From: an uncultured archaeon
Lineage (GTDB): Archaea > Asgardarchaeota > Thorarchaeia > Thorarchaeales > Thorarchaeaceae
DNA: 16,218 bases
NCBI GenBank assembly: GCA_964631415.1
Contig: CAZVZC010000042.1
Span: forward strand, 1-16,218
Direction: 5' to 3'
A program made the translations under genes and the position numbers. Positions 1 through 8,304 of this stretch are shown in pieces; the first letter of the stretch is position 1, and the number at the start of each line of letters is the position of its first letter. The notes beneath the pieces were generated by a model. That model was given only the letters and a program-made list of their open reading frames with translations, had not been told where the DNA came from and ran no database searches.

Positions 1-59
1 GAGTTATGCTGCTCAGACTGAGTATATATAGCGAAGCCACTTTCAGGGGTCACTGTACA

Positions 60-78
60 GAGTCACATGATGTGACTC
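60..78. promoter_or_regulatory. Perfect 9-bp inverted repeat GAGTCACAT-g-ATGTGACTC, candidate operator, near a TATATATA box at 23-30
   Basis: Arms 60-68 and 70-78 are exact reverse complements with a 1-nt centre, in non-coding DNA downstream of the ligase stop. Function is inferred. Confidence 0.4.
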
Positions 79-148
79 CGAAAGCCTCCATAGTGGCCTA
101 GGGACCGACCAAGATGCGTTTCAGCCGTTTTCGCTTGATGAACACATG

Positions 149-1246
149 CTACTTGGGCCCGATTGCTAGCTTCACCGCAGTTTCGAAGTCTTCAGGCGTC
201 ACCCCGGGCGAGTCGATTCTCTTGTCGGTGTAGACTCTACGTAGCCGCTCTGTGATCTCGGCTCCTGTCGTCTTGGCACCGACAAGTGCTTTCTCAATTG
301 CGACGATTGAGTCCGAAGGGACCAGGAAGAAGTCACCGCTGATGACTATGTCTTTGATTCGGTCATCGAACTCCTCGAGAGTCACGCGTATGAGGCCGCC
401 CGGCGCCTTGTGATTGGCCGTGCCGACAGATGCCGTAGCAGAGATTCTAACGATCTTGGCATCCACAAGTCGCCCACCGCCGCGCAAGTGTAGCCACTCA
501 TCAGAAAGGTACTTGGAGCGCAGACTGGTCATCCGTTTCTTCTCCCACGCCGAGAGACTCCCCTTCTTGAGTTCGATGTCTAGGGTCTTCTCGAACGTCC
601 GCAGCAAGTCCTGTCTGATCTCATCTCGGTCCGGCATGTGTCCAGTTTCCAGGATGGCGGTGGTCATTCGCTCTCTCAGACTCTTGGCAACCTTGTCTCT
701 AAACTTCTCGTCAGGTACCTTGAGGACCTTCACCATCATATCGAAGTTGAAATCGAGAATGAGGTTGCCTGTGAGTATTCTGGCATCACCGACATCCCCC
801 GCTCCGTTACCTGAGATCTTCTTTCCACCCACTTGAATGTCGTTGACAGGCTTGAACTCTGCATTGATACCAAGATTCCTGTAAACCTGCACAGGTGCCT
901 GGAGGAACTTGCGATAGTAAGCATCAATGCCCCTCGGGGTCGTGGGACTGTCTGACCTTCCGATGAGCTGATAGAACATCTGCCCGTTGTCCAGATAGAC
1001 ACCTCCACCGCCAATGACCCTGCGTGTCACAGGAATCCCATTCCTTCGGCAGAAATCGATGTCGATGTCTTTCTCAATCTCTTGGAAGTATCCAAGGCAC
1101 ACAATAGGCCTTGCCGGCCAGCAGATGACGAGTGTGTTGTCTGCCTTCTTCTCTGTGATGGCTTGGGCTATCATGTCATAGATGATCTGGGTGTCAAGCG
1201 GGTCCATGGGACCTAAATCCAACAACCGCCAGCTCTCTAGAGTCAT
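149..1246 (-). CDS. lplA: Lipoate-protein ligase A family, catalytic domain plus C-terminal accessory domain (sLpl(AB)-like)
   Basis: 365 aa. BPL/LplA/LipB motifs VCLGYFQ, RRVIGGGGVYLD, KPVNDI and KKISGNG (catalytic Lys). C-terminal LplB-like domain HKAPGGLIRV...IVISGDFF. Confidence 0.9.
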   Translation of the reverse strand: MTLESWRLLDLGPMDPLDTQIIYDMIAQAITEKKADNTLVICWPARPIVCLGYFQEIEKDIDIDFCRRNGIPVTRRVIGGGGVYLDNGQMFYQLIGRSDSPTTPRGIDAYYRKFLQAPVQVYRNLGINAEFKPVNDIQVGGKKISGNGAGDVGDARILTGNLILDFNFDMMVKVLKVPDEKFRDKVAKSLRERMTTAILETGHMPDRDEIRQDLLRTFEKTLDIELKKGSLSAWEKKRMTSLRSKYLSDEWLHLRGGGRLVDAKIVRISATASVGTANHKAPGGLIRVTLEEFDDRIKDIVISGDFFLVPSDSIVAIEKALVGAKTTGAEITERLRRVYTDKRIDSPGVTPEDFETAVKLAIGPK

Positions 1247-1260
1247 AAGCCTGGCTCAAG

Positions 1261-1322
1261 CAGTGCTATTAATAACATCTCTGATTGGCAGTTCTTGAGC
1301 TTCGATGCCAAGGCATAAATCT
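1261..1322. promoter_or_regulatory. Divergent archaeal promoter region between lplA and the ABC operon
   Basis: Palindromic TATTAATA at 1267-1274 lies 21-28 bp upstream of the lplA ATG, consistent with a leaderless transcript. CATAAAT at 1314-1320 precedes the ATPase. An inverted repeat GCTCAAG (1254-1260)/CTTGAGC (1294-1300) flanks the first box. Confidence 0.45.
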
Positions 1323-1336
1323 AGAGTTTCTGTCGG

Positions 1337-2125
1337 ATGGTCGCGATTGAGATGATTGAGGTTCTGGGTCTGACTAAGGTCTTCAGCGAGTTCACGGCCG
1401 TTAAAGAGCTGTCCTTCCGTGTGAACCCGGGTGAAATCTTCGGGCTCTTGGGACCGAACGGTTCAGGTAAGTCAACAACGATGAAGATGCTCCTAGGTCT
1501 ACTGAGGCCGACCTCTGGTACGGCCCTGATCATGGGGCACGACATCACTAAGGAAGTAGTCGACGCGAAGCGGGTCATGGGCTATGTTCCCGAGGAACCT
1601 GTTCTGCCTGAGAGACTGACAGGCTGGGAGTACATCAACTATGTGAGTGACATCTGGCGAATTCCCCGCGACAGTCAACGTGAGCATGAGATTGAGGAGC
1701 TCTTGACTCTGCTCGATATCCGTGATGCGAGTGATGACCTGATAGAAACATACTCCAAAGGTATGGCACGCAAAACTAGTCTGGTTGCGGCGCTGATACA
1801 CAAACCCAAAGTCCTCATACTAGATGAGGTTCAGGCAGGCATCGACCCCAGAGGCGCGGCAACAATAAAGGAGATGCTCAATGGGCTGCGTTCGCGTGGG
1901 GCAACAATCCTGATGAGTACGCACGTCCTCGAGATCGCAGAACAGATGTGCAATCGTATTGGGATCATCAAGGCTGGAGGGATGATCGCGGAGGGTACGA
2001 TGGATGAGCTCAGAAACCAAGCAAAGGGCCAAAGTAGTCTGGAGGAGATATTCCTGAGTCTCACAGGTGGGCCCGACATGAAGCTGATTGCTGAGTACTT
2101 GAGCGGATCCGGTGAGTCATCTTGA
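1337..2125 (+). CDS. ABC transporter ATP-binding protein (ABC-2/DrrA-CcmA-type exporter)
   Basis: Walker A GPNGSGKST, signature YSKGM, Walker B VLILDE, H-loop MSTH, C-terminal SLEEIFLSLT. The start may instead be the ATG at 1352. Confidence 0.95.
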   Translation: MVAIEMIEVLGLTKVFSEFTAVKELSFRVNPGEIFGLLGPNGSGKSTTMKMLLGLLRPTSGTALIMGHDITKEVVDAKRVMGYVPEEPVLPERLTGWEYINYVSDIWRIPRDSQREHEIEELLTLLDIRDASDDLIETYSKGMARKTSLVAALIHKPKVLILDEVQAGIDPRGAATIKEMLNGLRSRGATILMSTHVLEIAEQMCNRIGIIKAGGMIAEGTMDELRNQAKGQSSLEEIFLSLTGGPDMKLIAEYLSGSGESS

Positions 2126-3834
2126 AACAGTCCGACCTGCTTCTACTTCTGAGGCTGGATTTAAGGGAGTCTTTCAGGGTCAAACGTGTGAAGGGAAGCA
2201 GGACTGAGAGGAAGGGTTCGCATCGGAATGCCCTGTATGTGATCGGCGTCTTGGTCTTCGGTCTGGTGGTATATTACATTGTTTCCATATTCAGTGGTTT
2301 TGTCTGGCCCTTCGTTGTCGATGCCGTGCAGACTAATCCCGGATTGGGCGCTACCATCTTCAATGCTATTCTGTTGTTCGCATTCCTAAGCTCCATCATG
2401 GTGTCTGCCACGACGGTGGGCAACAGCGCGAAAATGGAATATCTGCTTGTCTTTCCAGTTACGATGCGAAGTATCTTCCTGGAGAAGACTGTGATTGTCG
2501 TCTTCTACAATTCTATGTTCTGGTTGGTTCTAGGTGTACCCATATTCTTGGGACTCTCAGCGGCGTCATCAGAAGCCCTCGCTTTGCTTTCAGCGGTGGC
2601 GTTCGTCTGGGCTGTGCTCGTCCTTGTGTCTATCGGGGTCGGGCTGGGAGGTCTGCTTGGCCTTATCTTCTCGCGACTCTTCGCGGGCCGACGCACGCTC
2701 AAGCAGGTCGGCTACTTCGTACTGAGCGCCGGAGCTATCATAGTCAGCTCATTATGGTACTATCAAATATACTCCGGCGACTCCGGTTCCCAGCTGTTCG
2801 AATGGATCTTTGCATTGGCAGGGTCCCTTGGCTTCTCATCTGACCTGACTCCGGGGTATGCCGCAAGCTCGATATCCCTGGGATTGCTCGTGGGGGTTTC
2901 GCCAAGCATACAGGACTACGTTTTGGGACTGGCGTACGTCTTCTTGGCCGCCGTGATGCTCTACGCTAACTCGTATGTGAGCGAAATTGCCCATTACAGT
3001 GGGTGGCTCATGGTTGGTTCTAAGAGGAGCTCAAAGAAGGATGTACCCATTCGGCGCGCACGATGGGCTCCGCAGTCCATACCCGTGTTGGGGTCTAATT
3101 CTACGATCAGCGTGTCAATATGGTACAATATCACGTCGATCAGGAGGGAGGGTCGTGTGTTGTCCCAGTATCTCATCGGCCCAGCTAGGATTGCCATATG
3201 GATAGTGATACTGGCTGTCCCTACGGGTGGCAGCTATGCCATGCTGACGCCCTTCCTGTTCGTGGCTGCTCTCATTCCCTTTGCCACTTCATACGGCGTG
3301 TACTTCGCAGGCTACGAGATTGTCTACGAGGGCAAGAACCTGATGAACCTGCAGCTGGCGGCGGCCAACATGGAAGACTACATCAAGGGCAAGATATACA
3401 GTGCCGTGCCATTCGCGGTTGCTGCGAGCCTTCTGATTTCGCTCATCATAGTGGTTATCTCACCTTCAGTCTGGATTTACGTGCCTGCCCTTGTCTTGAG
3501 CATATTGTTCATCAACATTGCATCTGGCGGCATCGCTGCGAACGCCGCCGCTATCGGTGGTGACTTCAAGGCCGAGCGAATGATACTCAGGCAAAGAGGG
3601 TCCTCTGTCCAGATGCCCATTCGTGGTTGGTCGATTCTCCGTGCCCAGCTCATTCCCAACCTTCTGGGTTATACTGGAGTGTTCGCAATACTCCTCGCCG
3701 GGATGTTGATTCATCCTCTCTACTCTTACCTGATACTGCCTGTCTTCTGCCTAGCATGTCTCCAAATCATGAGGGCCTTTGCACACGGTGCTGGAGTGAA
3801 GCTAGCCCAAATCGAGTCTTCCAAGTACCTGTAA
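2122..3834 (+). CDS. ABC exporter permease (large multi-pass membrane protein)
   Basis: 570 aa with about a dozen hydrophobic segments in two halves. TTG start overlaps the ATPase stop (TTGA, 2122-2125), with a GGTGA RBS at 2111-2115, indicating translational coupling. Confidence 0.85.
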   Translation: MKQSDLLLLLRLDLRESFRVKRVKGSRTERKGSHRNALYVIGVLVFGLVVYYIVSIFSGFVWPFVVDAVQTNPGLGATIFNAILLFAFLSSIMVSATTVGNSAKMEYLLVFPVTMRSIFLEKTVIVVFYNSMFWLVLGVPIFLGLSAASSEALALLSAVAFVWAVLVLVSIGVGLGGLLGLIFSRLFAGRRTLKQVGYFVLSAGAIIVSSLWYYQIYSGDSGSQLFEWIFALAGSLGFSSDLTPGYAASSISLGLLVGVSPSIQDYVLGLAYVFLAAVMLYANSYVSEIAHYSGWLMVGSKRSSKKDVPIRRARWAPQSIPVLGSNSTISVSIWYNITSIRREGRVLSQYLIGPARIAIWIVILAVPTGGSYAMLTPFLFVAALIPFATSYGVYFAGYEIVYEGKNLMNLQLAAANMEDYIKGKIYSAVPFAVAASLLISLIIVVISPSVWIYVPALVLSILFINIASGGIAANAAAIGGDFKAERMILRQRGSSVQMPIRGWSILRAQLIPNLLGYTGVFAILLAGMLIHPLYSYLILPVFCLACLQIMRAFAHGAGVKLAQIESSKYL

Positions 3835-3836
3835 GA

Positions 3837-4595
3837 TCAAGTTTCACTCTGAGGCAGCGTCATGACAGTCTTGCCGGGAGGCACAGTGATGTCGGTATCG
3901 AAGTAAAGTCCAATCATTATGCTCTCGATGTCTATCCCGCCAAGATCATCATGAGGTCCACTGCTGATCTCGATCTCGGGAGTCCCAGACCGTCCTTTCT
4001 TGACATCGTAAGTCAAGTAGGCAGCAGAAACCGCCGCAACGTCAAACCCCTCTCCATCTGCGCTTGGAATCATCTTCACATTCAGGTTCGGGCCGCTGTC
4101 TATCCACTCACCCTCTTCTGTGAATGTGCATGTTGCCTTGAGGAGTGGTTTTCCTCCTCTACTCGTGGTCGCGACAAGCCGATCGCCGGTCCATTTCATT
4201 GAGATCTTCGCCAACTTGCGGGGATAGCCCCAAACCTCGCGCCCTGCTGCAAGAGCGACATCGGTATCCACGTAGTCATGAGCGAAGTAGACGCCGACCT
4301 CCTCCTGCCCAGTCAAATGATTGTCGAACACGCACTGAACGAGGAGAGCGGACTCCATGAATGTCCCGGTTTCTTTGCACGGTTGTTCTGCAAACATGAG
4401 TCCTGCAAGCTTCATGTCTGATGGCCGGAAAAAGCTGGGAAGGAGTTTCTGAAGGCTCTCGTCAGATGTGTTGAAGAGGGCCAAGAGCATCTTCGAGCCC
4501 ACATAATGATATGTGGGCTTCGGATAAAGTGGGCTTAGAAGAGGAGTGCTGAATCTTGATGTCATGGTCTTCACGACGACTCTGTGTGTGGTCAC
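3837..4595 (-). CDS. Acetoacetate decarboxylase (ADC)-superfamily protein with the catalytic Lys replaced by Arg
   Basis: STPLLSPLYP, F-x-ES, YVDTDVALAAGREVWGYPRKLA and NVKMIPSADG align with clostridial Adc. GTG start; alternative ATG at 4565. Confidence 0.85.
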   Translation of the reverse strand: MTTHRVVVKTMTSRFSTPLLSPLYPKPTYHYVGSKMLLALFNTSDESLQKLLPSFFRPSDMKLAGLMFAEQPCKETGTFMESALLVQCVFDNHLTGQEEVGVYFAHDYVDTDVALAAGREVWGYPRKLAKISMKWTGDRLVATTSRGGKPLLKATCTFTEEGEWIDSGPNLNVKMIPSADGEGFDVAAVSAAYLTYDVKKGRSGTPEIEISSGPHDDLGGIDIESIMIGLYFDTDITVPPGKTVMTLPQSET

Positions 4596-4715
4596 GCAGT
4601 TATTGAATCTGCCGAGAGATTCGCAGCACCTTCATAGGCGCACTATTCATTTATCGGGGCGCCTCGAGTACACATGCTGGTCCCAGCACGACTTCGTTCA
4701 ATGGTGGTCAGACTT

Positions 4716-5705
4716 ATGGTGGAACTTGGGTTCGCATGGCATCACTCAAAACAGCCGAAGCATGCAAGGGCTGACTTCGAGGACATGTTGGCGAGAAACT
4801 GCAACTCCGTTCTTATTGCAGCATCGGAGGACGACATCGAGTATTGGTATCCCAATCTCGTTGAGATCATAGAAGAAGCGAAGAATGTGGGACTCCGCGT
4901 CTGGCTCAACTTCTGGGCCTTCGGCGGAGTCTTTGGTGGAGAGCCACCATCGATGTTCCTCCATCAGAATCACTCCAACAGGCAGATCACTGCCGAGTCG
5001 AAGATGTCAGTCCCTGCTGCGTGCATCAACCGGAAGGAGTTTCGCGACTACTTCCTTACTAGAGTCCGCGAGGTGGTTTCACAAACAAAGACAGATGGCG
5101 TCTTCATCGACGAGCCTCACTTTTACCCCGTATTCGATATGTCTGAGTTCACCTGCACATGCGATGTGTGTCAGACCAAGTATCAAGAGCAGATGGGGGC
5201 ACCTATGCCGACTGAGTATAATCAGAGTGTTCGTGCGTTCAGAGAGCAGACCATGCATGATTTCCTGGTAGACATATGCAAGACAGTGAAACAGGCAAGG
5301 AAGAGTGCAGAGACCTGTGTGTGCGTCATTCCACAAACGATGGAGTCCTTGGGAACGCCTAACTGGGACCAAATCGCTTCGATTCGCGAAGTGGATATGT
5401 TCAGCACCGACCCATACTTCTCTGTGTTCGGTGAAGAGCGACCTTGGGCGCTGGAAGTGGCCAAGAGGACCATAGCTACGGCAAAGAAGTACCGGAAGCG
5501 GAGTCAGCTCTGGCTACAGATGTTCAGGCTGCCAAGCGGCCAAGAGAAGGCCGTTGCGTCGCTGGTCCCAGAGTATGTCAAGCTTGGTGTGGACTCCATC
5601 TTTGGATGGTGCTTTCTGGCTAACAAGGGTACGACGATAGCTAGTGACGAGCCTGAGCTGCTTTGGGACCTAGTGACTCAGGAGTACAAGAAGCTGAGGA
5701 AATGA
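4716..5705 (+). CDS. Uncharacterised glycoside-hydrolase-like TIM-barrel protein, cytoplasmic
   Basis: Alternating beta/alpha pattern; FWAFGGVFGGE, ACIN, DGVFIDEPHF, CTCDVC (GH42-like Cys cluster), STDPY. No signal peptide. The ORF is open from 4674, with alternative ATGs at 4701 and 4716. Confidence 0.65.
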   Translation: MVELGFAWHHSKQPKHARADFEDMLARNCNSVLIAASEDDIEYWYPNLVEIIEEAKNVGLRVWLNFWAFGGVFGGEPPSMFLHQNHSNRQITAESKMSVPAACINRKEFRDYFLTRVREVVSQTKTDGVFIDEPHFYPVFDMSEFTCTCDVCQTKYQEQMGAPMPTEYNQSVRAFREQTMHDFLVDICKTVKQARKSAETCVCVIPQTMESLGTPNWDQIASIREVDMFSTDPYFSVFGEERPWALEVAKRTIATAKKYRKRSQLWLQMFRLPSGQEKAVASLVPEYVKLGVDSIFGWCFLANKGTTIASDEPELLWDLVTQEYKKLRK

Positions 5706-5774
5706 GTGCTTGGTGGGAGAGCGGGCTTGTCACGACGCTATGTGATGTCGGCCCGCTCAGCCGCCGCCCGAAGC

Positions 5775-6650
5775 TCAGAGCTTCGCTTTCTTGAAGATCA
5801 GCGGCCACACAAAGGCACCAATGATAGCGACAATAGCATATCTAGCTGCTCGGAGCCAGACGTCATCTGTGGGAAGAACACCTGCGAGCCCAATCATGAC
5901 GGCGAACACCAACAGGAGTCCTACGACAACACGAACCACGAGTCGCCACTTCTGCCCACCGGGCGGTTCCACTGTGAAGTTGACATATCTCCTCTCGAGG
6001 AGTAGCCCAATCGCGACACCCATTACCAGTCCTCCTAATGATCCGAAGTTGTCGATAGGAGGCTGTGGCAGAAGATACGTACTGATTGCTGTTGCCACGA
6101 GGCCGAACAGAAACAGGAGGAGATAGAGGTGTTCAGTCTTGTATCTGGCGAAGAACTGGGTGAGGCGCTTTTCAGTTAATAGTAGCAGCACCAAGAGAGC
6201 AAAGCCTAGTCCCCACCCTAGGAATACGTCCTCAAGGTAATGAACTCCGATGTATACACGCGAGATTCCAATCAGGAGTGTAAGGACGATTGAAACCACG
6301 TACATCCACCACTTCTTGGCCTTTGCAGAGATGAAGCCGAAGAGCATGACCGAGTTCTGAGCATGTCCGCTTGGTGTGCTGTAGTTGGTGGCATCAGCAC
6401 CCTCGAGCCAGTAGAAGGAGTCCGGTCTCGGGTGTGCTATAGCCAGCTTGATCCAGTAGTTCGTCAATACGGAAACAAGCAGGACAAAGACAACACTGAT
6501 GGCCTCCCTCTTCTTGTAAGCCCAGAAACCCGTCAGAATCAGAGCGACGTAGAACATGTCAGAGCCCAGTTCTGTGATGGCCGTGAAGAATCCCTGTGCC
6601 CACGGCATTAGACTCCTCAGGAACAATGTCCAACTAGGATCGAATACCAT
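5775..6650 (-). CDS. PAP2-family membrane lipid/isoprenyl phosphate phosphatase
   Basis: All three PAP2 motifs are intact: KLAIAHPRP (KX6RP), PSGH and SRVYIGVHYLED (SRX5HX3D). Extra C-terminal TM helices. GAGGAG RBS upstream. Confidence 0.92.
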   Translation of the reverse strand: MVFDPSWTLFLRSLMPWAQGFFTAITELGSDMFYVALILTGFWAYKKREAISVVFVLLVSVLTNYWIKLAIAHPRPDSFYWLEGADATNYSTPSGHAQNSVMLFGFISAKAKKWWMYVVSIVLTLLIGISRVYIGVHYLEDVFLGWGLGFALLVLLLLTEKRLTQFFARYKTEHLYLLLFLFGLVATAISTYLLPQPPIDNFGSLGGLVMGVAIGLLLERRYVNFTVEPPGGQKWRLVVRVVVGLLLVFAVMIGLAGVLPTDDVWLRAARYAIVAIIGAFVWPLIFKKAKL

Positions 6651-6778
6651 AAGTCTCTCCTCGGTTCATCACTTTGGTGCTAGCCTATACAAAAACCTGC
6701 TTACTCGGGGACAGGTTTAAGGCCGGGTCTTTGAGCAACGTCATAATGTCATACCCCTTGACGTGAGGAAGAGAAGAG

Positions 6779-8299
6779 ATGGTGCTGGAGAAACTCGAGC
6801 CCAATGTCGTCTGGCAGATCTTTGAGGCTCTACTAACGCGAACGCCGCGGGAATCAAAGAAGGAAGCAAAGATCAGAACAGCCATCACGAGGTGGGTCAC
6901 AGATCAGTCAAAGGCAACATCCGCACAATTGACTGTGAATGAAGATGCCACTGGCAACATCCTCATCCGAGTTCCAGCGACACGCGGCATGGAAGCCTGT
7001 CCGCCTATCCTACTACAGGGCCACATGGACATGGTATGTGAAACGAGTCGCTCGGGAGGATTTGACTTCCAGAACAACGCCATCCCAGTCCGAATCGACA
7101 AGGATGGTGAATGGGTGAGTGCCGACGGCACAACTCTGGGAGCGGACAACGGAATCGGTGTCGCGCTTGCTTTGGCGCTTATCGCAGACCGGAGCAAAGA
7201 CTTGGCTCATGGTCCGCTTGAACTGCTCTTCACTGTCGACGAGGAAACAGGGCTGACTGGCGCATTTGCCTTAGACACCAAGAGTATGGGCATTCAGAGC
7301 AAAATGATGATCAATCTAGACTCAGAGCGAATGGGCTACATCACGATTGGGTCAGCCGGTGGCGGTGACATGTTGTTCACGAAAGACCTCTCGCTGACCG
7401 ATCGCCCAAGGAAGGACCAGCAGTTTCTGACAATCACTGTGTCTGGCCTTCAGGGTGGACATTCAGGCATGGATATCAATCTCCCGCGAGCGAATGCCAA
7501 CAAAGTCATGGCCCGCCTTCTATCTCTCGTCAGCAGGGAAGTTGGGCTTAGTCTCTGTTTCTGGAACGGTGGCTCCAAGCACAATGCCATCGCAAGAGAT
7601 GCTGAGGCCAAGTTTGGCGTTCCGGCTAACAAGGCGGCTCAGGTGGAGCAACTCCTAGCTGGAGAGAGAACTGCATTGCTTGCCTACTACAGGAGCACTG
7701 TGGCCGGCGCAACTCCTCTGGAGCCAAACATGAAGATCGAATGGACCAAGTCTGACCCCGGGGCAACATTTTCGCCTGACGAGTCCTCGCGCATTGTGTC
7801 GACAGGTAACGCCATCCCATATGGTCCTCTGCGTTTCTCGCCAGATGTACCCGGGCTTGTAGAAACATCAAGCAATTTCGCCATCGTCAGGACCGAGGGC
7901 TTCAGAATCCTGTTTCACCTCTCTACTCGAAGCAGTGTTGATGCGGAGTTGGAGGCCCTGCGTGACTCACTGACTGACATCGCCATGCTAGCCGGCTGGA
8001 CTGTCACCAAGCAGCCTGCTTATCCTGGATGGAAACCCCTCCCCTCTAGTCCCTTCCTCCAGTATGTGAAGCAGCACTACGAATCGGTAGCGAAGCAGAA
8101 GGTCGAAGTTGTGGCTATCCATGCCGGTCTCGAATGCGGCATCATTGGTGCCCGCATACCCGGTATTCAGATGGTGTCGATAGGTCCCACTGTCACTGGA
8201 GCTCATAGTCCAGATGAGAAGCTGCGAATCGCCGATGTCGCCGTCTTCTATAGACTGCTCAAGACCTTGCTGAAGTTACTTCCCAGTCTGAAGTTATGA
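6779..8299 (+). CDS. pepD: Aminoacyl-histidine (beta-Ala-His) dipeptidase, peptidase M20C
   Basis: LQGHMDMVCE, GTTLGADNGIG, LFTVDEETGLTGA, INLDSE, GGHSG, IHAGLECG and GAHSPDE; the metal ligands are intact. Confidence 0.93.
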   Translation: MVLEKLEPNVVWQIFEALLTRTPRESKKEAKIRTAITRWVTDQSKATSAQLTVNEDATGNILIRVPATRGMEACPPILLQGHMDMVCETSRSGGFDFQNNAIPVRIDKDGEWVSADGTTLGADNGIGVALALALIADRSKDLAHGPLELLFTVDEETGLTGAFALDTKSMGIQSKMMINLDSERMGYITIGSAGGGDMLFTKDLSLTDRPRKDQQFLTITVSGLQGGHSGMDINLPRANANKVMARLLSLVSREVGLSLCFWNGGSKHNAIARDAEAKFGVPANKAAQVEQLLAGERTALLAYYRSTVAGATPLEPNMKIEWTKSDPGATFSPDESSRIVSTGNAIPYGPLRFSPDVPGLVETSSNFAIVRTEGFRILFHLSTRSSVDAELEALRDSLTDIAMLAGWTVTKQPAYPGWKPLPSSPFLQYVKQHYESVAKQKVEVVAIHAGLECGIIGARIPGIQMVSIGPTVTGAHSPDEKLRIADVAVFYRLLKTLLKLLPSLKL

Positions 8300-8304
8300 T
8301 GGCT

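Noticed and set aside
67-142. C/D box sRNA (ATGATGT at 67-73, TTGATGA near 135-141)
   Set aside because: No suitably placed CTGA D boxes on the same strand.
3627-4202. Long overlapping ORFs such as 3627-4202, 414-836, 10673-11152, 11234-11638, 11639-12028 and 13264-13668
   Set aside because: Antisense or alternate-frame shadows of well-supported genes, with no family motifs.
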